From contig OZ024740.1 in assembly GCA_964016885.1 (NCBI GenBank), positions 396,304,001 to 396,368,000 of the forward strand: a stretch of 64,000 nt of DNA, given 5' to 3'. The notes under the pieces were generated by a model, which was not told the DNA's origin, did no database searches, and saw only the letters and a list, made by a program, of their open reading frames with translations. This stretch comes from Eledone cirrhosa. Taxonomy: Eukaryota. Positions 1-12,240 of the stretch are shown one piece after another. Position 1 is the first letter of the stretch; each line of letters opens with the position of its first letter. A program made the translations under genes and the position numbers.

Positions 1-78
1 TTTTGAGCAAAAGGTATATCAAGTAGTTGATCGAACATCTGTGGAAATGGTAGGTTAGGACCAGGTCTCAAGCGCGCG

Positions 79-109
<31 letters not shown>

Positions 110-1490
110 GCCCTTCAGGCTATAACAGAGGAGTTCAAGACCGGCTGCCCATGGGAACTCCTATACGCAGACGACCTAACACTCATAGCCGAATCAATGG
201 CCGAGCTAGAAAAGAAATTCCAAACATGGAAGCACGGCCTAGAATCAAACGGCCTTAAAATTAACCTAGCTAAGACTAACGTTCTAGTTTGTAGGAAAGA
301 AAATAAGGCGGCGGTCCCTTCCGGGAAATGGCCATGCTCAGTGTGTAGGAAAGGCGTAGGTAGAAACTCCATTTTATGTCCCAAATGCAAAGTATGGGTG
401 CATAAAAGATGTAGTGGGATCACAGGTAAGCTAACTAAGAACATAGATTTTACATGTGGCCGGTGCTCTGGTGCAATAAGTAGCAGCAAGTGCCCACAAA
501 ATACTAGCTCCTTCAACTGCTCAGAGGGTTCTATAGAAATAGTGGACACCTTCCGTTACCTGGGTGACAAAATCAGCAGTGGGGGAGGGTGCTCTGAAAG
601 TACATTAGCTAGAGTCAGAACTGGATGGAAAAAGTTCAGAGAGCTTACACCACTATTAGCCGCTAAAGGGTTCTCCCTAAAAATGAAAGGCAGGTTGTAT
701 GATGCCTGCATACGAACAGCAATGTTGCATGGCAGTGAGACCTGGGTATTGTGTGCAGAAGATATACGCAGACTAGAGAGAAACGAAGCTTGCATGCTCC
801 GCTGGATGTGTAATAGTAATATACGTGAACGGCAAAGCATAAACAAACTAAGGAAAAAATTAGAAATAAGAGGGATCAGATGTTGTTTACTAGAGAGAAG
901 GCTACGTTGGTATGGACACGTGATGCGCATGAAAGTCGATAGCTGTATAACAAAGTGCAGGGCAATAAAGATAGACGGTGGCCACGGAATAGGCAGACCT
1001 AGAAAAACCTGGGACGAGCTGATAAACTCCGACCTCACACACTTACACCTCTCCAAGACAATGTCACTGGACCGAGACCTTTGGCGGTACTCAGTAATAG
1101 AGAAGACCCGCCTTACCTAAATACATAGTAAAACCTACTACAGTCAGTAGGCATCTCTAACAAAATACACCCCCCGTCCCACCACCCCCACCCCCTTCTA
1201 TGTAAAGTTATGTTGGTGCCACACCATCCAGGCCGAAACAAATGAGATCGTGTAGGTGTCACGACAAAAAAACACAGTCCACGCTGTAATGTGGCCGTGT
1301 AGGCAACACGGTAAAAACCTCCCAGCCCCACACTGTAAATGTGGTTGGTGTTAGGAAGGGCATCCAACTGAAGAAAACCTGCCAGACAGTCCTATGCGAG
1401 CAAGACAATCACTCTTGCCTCAAGTGGGAAAACCCCCGTCCAAACCCATGCAAGCGTGGAACACGGACGTTATGATGATGATAATGATGA
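110..1490 (+). mobile_element. RTE-clade LINE family A, 5'-truncated copy (RT C-terminal part, 3'UTR, (GAT)n tail)
   Basis: Starts inside RT just before 'ELLYADDL'; ORF 197-1120 is nearly identical to the C-terminus of ORF 7643-10636; ends in ...GGAACACGGACGTTATGATGATG; flanked by (TA)n. Confidence 0.95.
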
Positions 1491-1807
1491 TATATATATA
1501 TACACACACATATATATATATATATATATACATACACACACACATATATATATATATATATACATACACACACATATATATATATATATATATACATACA
1601 CACACATATATATATATATATATATACATACACACACACATATATATATATATATATACATACACACACACACATATATATATATATACATACACACACA
1701 TATATATATATACACACACATATATATATATATATATATACATACATACACACACATATATATATATACATACATACACACACATATATATATATATATA
1801 CATACAT

Positions 1808-1838
<31 letters not shown>

Positions 1839-1993
1839 CATACACACACATATATATATATATATATATACATACACACATATATATATACATACACACA
1901 TATATATATATACATACACACATATATATATATACATACACACATATATATATACATGCACACATATACATATACATACATACATATACATAT

Positions 1994-2044
<51 letters not shown>

Positions 2045-2230
2045 CATATATATATATATACATATATATATACATACATATATATATATATACATATACA
2101 TATACATATATATACATATACACATATATACATATACATATATATATACATATATATATACATATATATATACATATATATATACATATATATACACATA
2201 TATATACATATATATATACATATATATATA
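1491..2230. repeat. (TA)n/(CA)n/(TACA)n compound microsatellite
   Basis: Direct inspection. Confidence 0.98.
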
Positions 2231-2597
2231 CATCATCATCATCATCATCATCAACGTTTAACGTCCGTGTTCCACGCTTGCATGGGTTTGGACGGGGGTA
2301 GTCCCACTTGAGGCAAGAGTGATTGTCTTGCTCGCATAGGACTGTCTGGCAGGTTTTCTACAGTTGGATGCCCTTCCTAACACCAACCACATTTACAGTG
2401 TGGGTCTGGGAGGTTTTTACCGTGTTGCCTACACGGCCACATTACAGCGTGGACTGTGTGTTTTTTTGTCGTGACACCTACACGATCTCATTTGTTTCGG
2501 CCCGGATGGCGCGGCACCAACATAACTTTACATAGGACGGGGTGGTGTGGATGGGGTGGGGGTGGTGGTGGTGGGACGGGGTGTATTTTGTTAGAGA
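2231..2597 (-). mobile_element. RTE family A 3'UTR-only insertion
   Basis: Reverse complement of ~10670-11033; (CAT)n tail at left end; near-identical to 62298-62645. Confidence 0.93.
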
Positions 2598-2739
2598 CAT
2601 ATATATACATATATATATACATACATATATACATACATATATATACATATATATATACATACATATACATATATATATATACAAATATATATACATATAT
2701 ATACATATATATATACATATATATATATACATATATATA

Positions 2740-3306
2740 TGGTGGCTGCCAACTCGTTTTCGAGTACGGCCACTACTTTATATCCATGTAGGAGAACCCC
2801 TACCGATGCGCTGAACGAATGTGACTTTAGTCCAGCCAGCGACTTGAAAACTCTGGTACAAAGACTACACTTGTGACCATTATTGACACATAGTGCAGGG
2901 CCCATGGTACCATGTGATGACAAGTGCAGAGAGATCTCCAGATATAAAGCAATGCCTGTGCTGTGAAGCTTTTATAGTGAGCAAAGGCACTGCACAAAGC
3001 CAGTCCCACTCTCTTAACCAAGATGATATTTACCAAAAAGAAGAACAGGTCAACATCATTGGATACCATCAGGATTGCAGGTGTTATATCAGAGTTTTCC
3101 TTCTCCTAGAATTCTGCCTTGACAAAGGCTAAGGGGTCATCTCTCCCGGTGATTTTGGATGGCTATTGACTCTTAAGAGCTCCCTTGCCCTTTGACAGGT
3201 TTTGTTTTTAGTCCTGCAGGATGTCCAAAGTCACCCTCCTCACCAAGAAACCTTGGTGGGGTTGCCAGTTTAGTCGCCAACGACCCGACCATGAGACAGG
3301 TTGTAC
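2740..3306 (-). mobile_element. Bipartite non-autonomous RTE derivative (SINE-like), copy 1, lacking ~40 nt of the 5' end
   Basis: Near-identical to 19604-20212; minus strand has the RTE 5'UTR-type motif CTAGGAGAAGGAAAACTCTGA and a C2H2 remnant [19 protein letters not shown] near the 3' end. Confidence 0.8.
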
Positions 3307-3674
3307 ATATATACATACATACATATATACATACATATATACATACATACATATATACATACATATATACATACATACATATATATATATACATACATAC
3401 ATATATATATATACATATATACATACATATATACATACATACATATATATATATACATATATACATACATATATATATATACATATATACATACATACAT
3501 ACATATATATACATATATATATATATACATATATACATATATATATACATATATATATACATATATATATATATATACATATATATACATATATATATAT
3601 ATACATATATATATACATATATATATACATACATATATATATATATACATATATATATACATATATATATATAC

Positions 3675-3707
<33 letters not shown>

Positions 3708-3736
3708 CATATATATATACATATATATATACATAC

Positions 3737-3767
<31 letters not shown>

Positions 3768-3780
3768 CATATATATATAC

Positions 3781-3811
<31 letters not shown>

Positions 3812-4170
3812 CATATATATATACATATATATACATATATATATACATATATATATATATATACATATATATATACATATATATATACATATATATATAT
3901 ATATACATATATATATACATATATATATACATATATATATACATATATATATACATATATATATACATATATATACATATATATATACATATATATATAC
4001 ATATATATATATATATACATATATATATACATATATATATACATATATACATATATATATACATATATATATACATATATATATATATATACATATATAT
4101 ATACATATATATATACATATATACATATATATATACATATATATATACATACATATATATATATATATAC

Positions 4171-4205
<35 letters not shown>

Positions 4206-4226
4206 CATATATATACATATATATAC

Positions 4227-4275
<49 letters not shown>

Positions 4276-4412
4276 CATATATATATATACATATATATAT
4301 ATACATATATATACATATATATACATATATATACATATATATACATATATATACATATATATACATATATATACATATATATATACATATATATATATAT
4401 ATACATATATAT

Positions 4413-4475
<63 letters not shown>

Positions 4476-4824
4476 TATATATATACATATATATATACAC
4501 ATATATATACACATATATATATACATATATATATACACATATATATATACATATATATATACACATATATATATACATATATATATACATATATATATAC
4601 ACATATATATATACACATATATATACACATATATATATACATATATATATACACATATATATATACATATATATATACATATATATACACATATATATAT
4701 ACATATATATATATACATATATATATATATACATATATATACATACATACATATATATATACATATATATACATACATACATATATATATACATATACAT
4801 ATATATACATATACATATATATAC

Positions 4825-4856
<32 letters not shown>

Positions 4857-4912
4857 ATATATATACATATACATACATACATATACATATATATACATAT
4901 ACATATATATAC
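3307..4912. repeat. (TA)n/(TACA)n microsatellite
   Basis: Direct inspection. Confidence 0.98.
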
Positions 4913-6088
4913 AGCGGCGATGAATTAGTTTTGCGAGGTTTTTTTATATGAAATCGTCTGTCGAAACAGATATTGTTATATTTGGGGAGGGTCATATTTG
5001 CGTAATATTGCCAGAATTAATAACAGAACACACTCACTGTTTGGTTGGTTTTCGCTTCTCGCTGTCTTTTATATATATATATCTGCGATCTAACTTACTC
5101 GGTCCTCAATGTTGCCATTGACTGACCGGCGGTCAAAAATAATACAGATACAATATAGACACAAACACATATATATAGTTTACATAATTTACATAAATCT
5201 TTCGTTGCACATCTGCAACATCGTCAGTGGGGTTATATTCATTGTTCCTCCTGTTGTGTTGTATGTCTACGCCATTTTTTTTGTTCAGTCTGTCTATATA
5301 TTTATTTATTTATTTGCTTGTTTGTTTATCTTATTTTATTTTGTCTTCTTTGCGCATGCGTTTGCGTGTGTGTATAGTGTTATGTGTGATGTGTGACTAG
5401 TGTGTATAGTGTTGTGTCTGCTGGGTGACTAGTGTGTGTTTATGTGCTTGTGTATGTATTTATTTATCTTATTTTATTTAATTTTATTTACTTATTTATA
5501 CTTCTCTTAGGTCAGTGTTGTTTGTTTGGGTGTTGTTGTTCCACTCATTCTTTCTGTTTAGCTTTGGTCTTCTAATTTCTATTTCACTGGCCTCTCTGAT
5601 TTGCCTATCTGCTGGGTCATTCCTATGTTTAGATATTATTCTAATTTCTATGTTGTCTATGTTACCGTCATGTTGTTGTCTAGCATGTTCGTATAGTACT
5701 GACCCGTTTTTCCGTCCTTTTAGTTCCCCCCAGTGTTGGTCTATCCTTTCACCTATGCTACGAGCTGTCTCACCTATGTATGTTGTTGTCATGTTTCTGC
5801 AAGTACCCTCTGTACATCTTATGCTATAGACTACGTTTCTAGTTTTAGTTTATCCGGGGGTTCACCTTACATATGATACATTTCCTATTGGTACAGTTTG
5901 TGTCTATATTGTATCTGTATTATTTTTGACCGCCGGTCAGTCAATGGCAACATTGAAGACCGAGTAAGTTAGATCGCAGATATATATATATAAAAGACAG
6001 CGAGAAGCGAAAACCAACCAAACAGTGAGTGTGTTCTGTTATTAATTCTGGCAATATTACGCAAATATAACCCTCCCCAAATATAACA
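4913..6088 (-). mobile_element. Penelope-like retroelement, 5'-truncated, with inverted pseudo-LTR
   Basis: GIY-YIG ORF remnant followed by a 3' non-coding region; ~190-bp inverted repeat 4972-5166 vs 5897-6088. Confidence 0.88.
5496..5896 (-). pseudogene. PLE GIY-YIG endonuclease C-terminal fragment with upstream Cys-rich linker (frameshift near 5850)
   Basis: Minus-strand translation CTNRKCIICKVNPRIN/KTRNVVYSIRCTEGTCRNMTTTYIGETARSIGERIDQH...LYEH...RQIREASEI...PKLN matches the PLE GIY-YIG motif pattern (VVY..YIG, R, H, E, N). Confidence 0.88.
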
Positions 6089-6752
6089 ACATATATATAC
6101 ATATACATATATATATACAAAAAAATATACATATATACATACATATACATACATATATACATACATATATACAAATATACATATATATACATATATACAT
6201 ATATATACATATATACATATATATACATATATATACATATATACATATATATACATATATATACATATATATACATATATATATACATATATACATATAT
6301 ATACATATATATACATATATATACATATATATACATATATATATACATATATACATACATATATATATATACATACATATATATATATACATACATATAT
6401 ATATATACATACATACATATATACATATACATATATACATATACATATATACATATACATATATACATATACATATATATATATACATATATATATATAC
6501 ATATATACATATACATATACATATATATATATACATATATACATATACATATATATATATACATATATATATATACATATATATATATACATATATATAT
6601 ATACATATATACATATACATATACATATATACATATACATATATACATATATATATATACATATATATATATACATATATATATACATATATATATACAC
6701 ATATATATATATACATATATATACATATACATATATATATATATACATATAC

Positions 6753-6789
<37 letters not shown>

Positions 6790-6805
6790 CATATACACAT
6801 ATACA
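6089..6805. repeat. (TA)n/(TACA)n microsatellite
   Basis: Direct inspection. Confidence 0.98.
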
Positions 6806-6876
6806 TTCCTTTCCTTCTTCCTTCTTCGAAGGCACGGGGCGGTCAAACGCCTAACACTCACAGCCATCACGTGGCC

Positions 6877-6919
<43 letters not shown>

Positions 6920-9900
6920 GATAGGAATTCACTTCGCCAAATTTCATTGCTTGCTGTCCACCCACGATATTCATGTAAACGTAATGTACAGATTTCATTT
7001 CTCTCCCTCCACAAATCTTAATTCTAGCGTATTTTCAAAACAATCCATATTTCGTATCAAGTCCAAATAGCCAATCTATCGCTAAAACAAACTACATTTT
7101 CTGTTTCTATTAATTGTTAAATACGAAAGTTTTTGGGCGTATTTAACAGAACAAATTTTGTATTTTTGTTAATCGCTTGTTAAATGCAAGGACCCCATTC
7201 AATCATTACCTTCTTGCTAGCTACCCAACACCCCTCTCTCCCACCCCCACGCACCACCATTGCTATTACGTGGACCAATCATAAAACAGAGCCCCCACGC
7301 ATCACCAGTATTATTACGCGGACCAATCAGAAACCAGAGGCCTATACTATCGCTTGCCTGGTTGCCTTTCGATATATGATGGATGGATGGACTGCGGAAT
7401 CCTGGAGAGTGGAGGTGAGAGAGAGAAAAATCTGGACGCTCAGCGACAATGCCAAAGATAAAGACAAATTCACCTCTTGGACGAGAATGCGAGCACTCCT
7501 CATTGTTTCGACCGCGGACGGCTAACATAACCCCATCGCCCCCCGCCCCTCACCGCCCCCAACCCCAAACGCAATCCAAAACTTCAGAGTTGGTACCATA
7601 AATGTAGGCACCCTAAAGGGTCGCGCTAACGAGGTTGTAGAAATGCTTGAACGTAAGGAGGTCGATGTTTGTTGTATTCAAGAGACCAGGTGGAGGGGTG
7701 GGTCTGCTAGGTTCATTGAGGGTAAAAAACGATGTTATAAGCTTTTCTGGGTGGGAAACGACGATGGGCTGGGTGGAGTAGGAATCATGGTAGCAGAAAA
7801 GTGGGCAGATAAGATAATAGACGTAAATAGAGTGAACGACAGAATAATTAAAATACGACTTGTCCTCAATAGAACTACGGTGACAGTAATATCTGCGTAC
7901 GCACCCCAATCCGGACTGCCTGGCACTATAAAAGACAGATTCTATGAGACACTGATGCTAACTACCTCCCAAATATCCGACAGTGACTATATAATTATCG
8001 CAGGCGACCTAAATGGTCACGTTGGACAACATTGTGACGGCTACGACGAAATCCATGGAGGCTATGGGTTTGGTACTAGAAATGAGGAAGGCTCCAGAAT
8101 CCTGGAATTCTGTGATGCAAATAACCTAACTATCTGTAACACTAACTTCAAAAAACGTGACAATCACCTGATCACCTATAGATCCGGGGAACACACAAGC
8201 CAGGTAGATTATATCCTTACCAGAAGACGTGACAGAGTGTCTGTTGTAAACACTAAATCCCTCCCCCATGAAGAATGCACCTCCCAACATAGACTGATAA
8301 TTAGCGACCTCATAGTCAGGACGAGACGTACTCGACAACAGAAGAGGACTATCCTCAGGAGGAAAATATGGAAGCTAAAGGACCCCACAGCCAGGAATAA
8401 ATTTCAAAGCATATTACTTGATGCTTTCGACAGTAAGGAAGAACATTTAGAGTCGGACAATATAGAGGGAGAGTGGGAATTTCTGAAAGCAAACCTGCTG
8501 TTGGCGACAGACGAAGTCTGTGGCTGGAGCAGGCCTGTAGGCAGGAGGAGAGTAACATGGTGGTGGAACAGTAAGGTGGAGGGGTCAATTAAGGCCAAAA
8601 AGCAGGCTTGGAAAGTATGGCGGGATGGGGGAAGTAGAGAGAACAATCAAGTGGCCAGGAGGGAAGCTAGGAGACAAGTGTACTTAGCAAGAAGGGAAGC
8701 TGAGGAAAGAAAGTTCAAGCATGTTCTACAACGCGATGACCAAAAACGTGAGGTGTTCAGGATTGCTAGGCAATGCGTCAAGGAAAACCGTGATATTGTC
8801 GGGGAGAAGTGTGTACTAAACGACGATGGCACACTTGCCATCACCGACGCTGATAAGAAGGTAGCTTGGAAGTTTCACTATGAAAGGCTACTAAATGAGG
8901 AGAATAATTGGGAGAAAGGCAGTCTCCCCCATATCGACCCAATAGAGGGACCAGCAGTGTTAGTCGAGGGGAGTATAATAAGTAAGGCAATCAAGGATAT
9001 GAAGACGGGTAAGGCGGCTGGGCCTTCGGAAATAGTTGCTGAGATGCTGAAGGCATCTGGCACGGTGGGACACACCATGGTCACCCGCATAGTTAACCAA
9101 GTCGTACAGAATGGGGTTGTTCCGAAGGACTGGCATAGCAGCATCATCGTTAACTGTTATAAGGGTAAAGGAGACGCCCTAGATAGGAGTAACTATAGAG
9201 GCATTAAATTAATCGACCAGGTCATGAAGGTCACGGAAAAAGTAATAGCGCAACTAATCAGAGAGAGAATTGACCTAGATGAAATGCAGTTCGGGTTTGT
9301 GTCAGGCAAAAGTACCACAGACGCTCTTTTCATAGTACGACAACTACAGGAGAAATACCTAGCTAAAGGTAAACCCCTCTACTTAGCTTTTGTCGACTTG
9401 GAGAAAGCCTTCGACAGAGTCCCCCGCTCCATTATCTGGTGGGCTCTTAGAAAACTAGGCGTTGACGAATGGCTTGTGAGGGCTATACAAGCCATGTATA
9501 AAGAAACAGTCAGCAAGGTTAGAATTAACAACGAATATAGTGAAGAGTTTAGCGTAAAAGTTGGCGTCCATCAGGGCTCTGTTCTCAGCCCACTACTATT
9601 TATTATTGCCCTTCAGGCTATAACAGAGGAGTTCAAGACAGGCTGCCCATGGGAACTCCTATACGCAGACGACCTGACACTCATAGCGGAATCAATGGCC
9701 GAGCTAGAGAAGAAATTCCAAACATGGAAGCACGGCCTAGAGTCAAAAGGACTTAAAATTAACCTGGCTAAGACCAAAGTACTAGTTTGTAGGAAAGAAA
9801 ACAAGGCGGCGGTCCCTTCTGGGAAATGGTCGTGCTCGGTGTGTAGGAAAGGCGTAGGTAGAAACTCCATTTTATGTCCTAAATGCAAAGTATGGGTGCA

Positions 9901-11033
9901 TAAAAGATGTAGTGGGATCACAGGTAAGCTAACTAAGAACATAGATTTTACATGTGGCCGGTGCTCTGGTGCAATAAGTAGCAGCAAGTGCCCACAAACT
10001 ACTAGCTCTTTCAATTGCGCAGAGGGTTCTATAGAAATAGTGGACAGCTTCCGTTACCTGGGCGATAAAATCAGCAGTGGGGGAGGGTGCTCTGAAAGTA
10101 CTGTAGCTAGAGTCAGAACTGGTTGGAAAAAGTTCAGAGAGCTTATACCACTATTAGCTGCTAAAGGGTTCTCACTAAAAATGAAAGGCTCACTAAAAAT
10201 GAAAGGCAGGTTGTACGATGCCTGCATACGAACAGCAATGCTGCATGGCAGTGAGACCTGGGCATTGTGTGCAGAGGATATACGCAGACTAGAGAGGAAC
10301 GAAGCTTGCATGCTCCGCTGGATGTGTAACAGTAATATACGTGAACGGCAAAGCATAAACGAACTAAGGAAAAAATTAGAGATAAGAGGGATCAGATGTT
10401 GTTTACTCGAGAGAAGGCTACGTTGGTATGGACACGTGATGCGCATGAAAGTCGATAGCTGTATAACAAAGTGCAGGGCAATAAAGATAGACGGTAGTCA
10501 CGGAATAGGCAGACCTAGAAAAACCTGGGACGAGCTGATAAACTCCGACATCACACACTTACACCTCTCCAAGACAATGTCACTGGACCGAGACCTTTGG
10601 CGGTACTCAGTAACAGAGAAGACCCGCCTTACCTAAATATATAGTAAAACCTACTCCAGCCAGTAGGCATCTCTAACAAAATACACCCCGTCCCACCACC
10701 CCCGCCCCCACCCCATCCACACCACCCCGTTCTATGTAAAGTTATGTTGGTGCCGCGCCATCGAGGCCGAAACAAATGAGATCGTGTAGGTGTCACGACA
10801 AAAAAACACAGTCCACGCAGTAATGTGGCCGTGTAGGCAACACGGTAAAAACCTCCCAGACCCACACTGTAAATGTGGTTGGTGTTAGGAAGGGCATCCA
10901 ACTGTAGAAAACCTGCCAGACAGTCCTATGCGAGCAAGACAATCACTCTTGCCTCAAGTGGGACTACCCCCGTCCAAACCCATGCAAGCGTGGAACACGG
11001 ACGTTAAACGTTGATGATGATGATGATGATGAT
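6806..11033 (+). mobile_element. RTE-clade LINE family A, apparently full length (5'UTR with (CT)n, single ORF, 3'UTR, (GAT)n tail)
   Basis: Single APE+RT ORF, short-repeat 3' tail, bounded by microsatellite on both sides; 5' boundary approximate. Confidence 0.93.
7643..10636 (+). CDS. RTE ORF: apurinic-like endonuclease + reverse transcriptase with inserted PHD-type finger (frame is open from 7526)
   Basis: APE motifs CIQETRW, SAYAPQ, AGDLNGHVG, QVDYIL, SQHRL; RT motifs [45 protein letters not shown]; RTE C-terminus RLRWYGHV...GRPRKTW. Confidence 0.95.
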   Translation: MLERKEVDVCCIQETRWRGGSARFIEGKKRCYKLFWVGNDDGLGGVGIMVAEKWADKIIDVNRVNDRIIKIRLVLNRTTVTVISAYAPQSGLPGTIKDRFYETLMLTTSQISDSDYIIIAGDLNGHVGQHCDGYDEIHGGYGFGTRNEEGSRILEFCDANNLTICNTNFKKRDNHLITYRSGEHTSQVDYILTRRRDRVSVVNTKSLPHEECTSQHRLIISDLIVRTRRTRQQKRTILRRKIWKLKDPTARNKFQSILLDAFDSKEEHLESDNIEGEWEFLKANLLLATDEVCGWSRPVGRRRVTWWWNSKVEGSIKAKKQAWKVWRDGGSRENNQVARREARRQVYLARREAEERKFKHVLQRDDQKREVFRIARQCVKENRDIVGEKCVLNDDGTLAITDADKKVAWKFHYERLLNEENNWEKGSLPHIDPIEGPAVLVEGSIISKAIKDMKTGKAAGPSEIVAEMLKASGTVGHTMVTRIVNQVVQNGVVPKDWHSSIIVNCYKGKGDALDRSNYRGIKLIDQVMKVTEKVIAQLIRERIDLDEMQFGFVSGKSTTDALFIVRQLQEKYLAKGKPLYLAFVDLEKAFDRVPRSIIWWALRKLGVDEWLVRAIQAMYKETVSKVRINNEYSEEFSVKVGVHQGSVLSPLLFIIALQAITEEFKTGCPWELLYADDLTLIAESMAELEKKFQTWKHGLESKGLKINLAKTKVLVCRKENKAAVPSGKWSCSVCRKGVGRNSILCPKCKVWVHKRCSGITGKLTKNIDFTCGRCSGAISSSKCPQTTSSFNCAEGSIEIVDSFRYLGDKISSGGGCSESTVARVRTGWKKFRELIPLLAAKGFSLKMKGSLKMKGRLYDACIRTAMLHGSETWALCAEDIRRLERNEACMLRWMCNSNIRERQSINELRKKLEIRGIRCCLLERRLRWYGHVMRMKVDSCITKCRAIKIDGSHGIGRPRKTWDELINSDITHLHLSKTMSLDRDLWRYSVTEKTRLT

Positions 11034-11100
11034 ACATATATACATACATACATACATATACATACATATATATATATACATATATATATACATATATATA

Positions 11101-11661
11101 GAGGTAAATATTTATATTATATTTTTTAATGTATTTTGAAAAATTGATTGAATTTTACTTGTTCTGCTTATCTTAAAATTAAAGTTCTGGTATATCAAAT
11201 TAACACCATTGAACAACCTTGAATCATAGACAACCTATGTATTTCTAGGGGTACCTAGTATCCCTGGACATATTAACTTCTACCTTTTTCTCCGTCCGTT
11301 GAGAACAAATCTGTTGCTCTACTTGGCTGCTGTTTTTTTAGTAGTAATTGTAGACAGCAAGTCTTTGATTTCCCCGCTTTTACTTCGGTCCAGTTTACAT
11401 ACGGGTCAATTTTACGACCTTCCAGACCTTTATTAGCTGGCAGGAGGTTGTATATTTTGTCGTTCCTGGGACGTTTAGCCCTAGGATGGGAAAATGCTTC
11501 TCTGATGAGCTTTGGTTTTCCATCATAAATCCATCGGATTTATGAGGTTTTACAAAGCGAAACTGATCAGTAAGGGCCACTAGAAGAGGTAAATATTTAT
11601 ATTATATTTTTTAATGTATTTTGAAAAATTGATTGAATTTTACTTGTTCTGCTTATCTTAA
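11101..11661 (+). mobile_element. Retrozyme-like element B: 485-nt unit plus 76-bp terminal redundancy, one hammerhead
   Basis: 11101-11176 is repeated at 11586-11661; hammerhead core at 11502-11572; no meaningful ORF; flanked by (TA)n. Confidence 0.75.
11495..11578 (+). ncRNA. Type I hammerhead ribozyme (long stem II, palindromic stem III)
   Basis: gcttct-CTGATGA-gctttg...tcataaatcc-atc-ggatttatga...caaagc-GAAA-ctgatcag-TA-agggc; predicted cleavage after GUA at 11572. Confidence 0.82.
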
Positions 11662-11858
11662 TATATATATATACATACATACATATACATACATACATAC
11701 ATATACATACATACATACATACATACATATACATACATACATATATATACATACATACATATATATACATACATACATATATATACATACATACATATAT
11801 ACATATACATACATACATATACATACATACATACATATACATACATACATATATATAC

Positions 11859-11897
<39 letters not shown>

Positions 11898-12131
11898 CAT
11901 ATACATACATACATACATACACATACATACATATACATACATACATATACATACATATATATATATACATACATATATATATATACATACATATATATAT
12001 ATACATACATATATATATACATACATATATATATATACATACATACATATATATATACATACATACATACACATATATATATACATACATACATACATAT
12101 ACATACATACATATATATACATACATACATA

Positions 12132-12172
<41 letters not shown>

Positions 12173-12175
12173 ACA

Positions 12176-12240
<65 letters not shown>

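Noticed and set aside
115-1056. Antisense ORFs overlapping RTE and CR1 coding regions (here and in other copies)
   Set aside because: Shadow frames of the RT ORFs with no independent motifs
5200-5230. SECIS element in the PLE 3' region
   Set aside because: Lacks the AUGA/GA quartet geometry with an 11-12-bp helix and apical AA; fits a degenerate hammerhead core better
6830-6885. HDV-like ribozyme at the RTE family A 5' end (GCC-ATCACGT-GGC resembles P3/L3)
   Set aside because: No convincing P1, P1.1 GG or J4/2; followed directly by (CT)n
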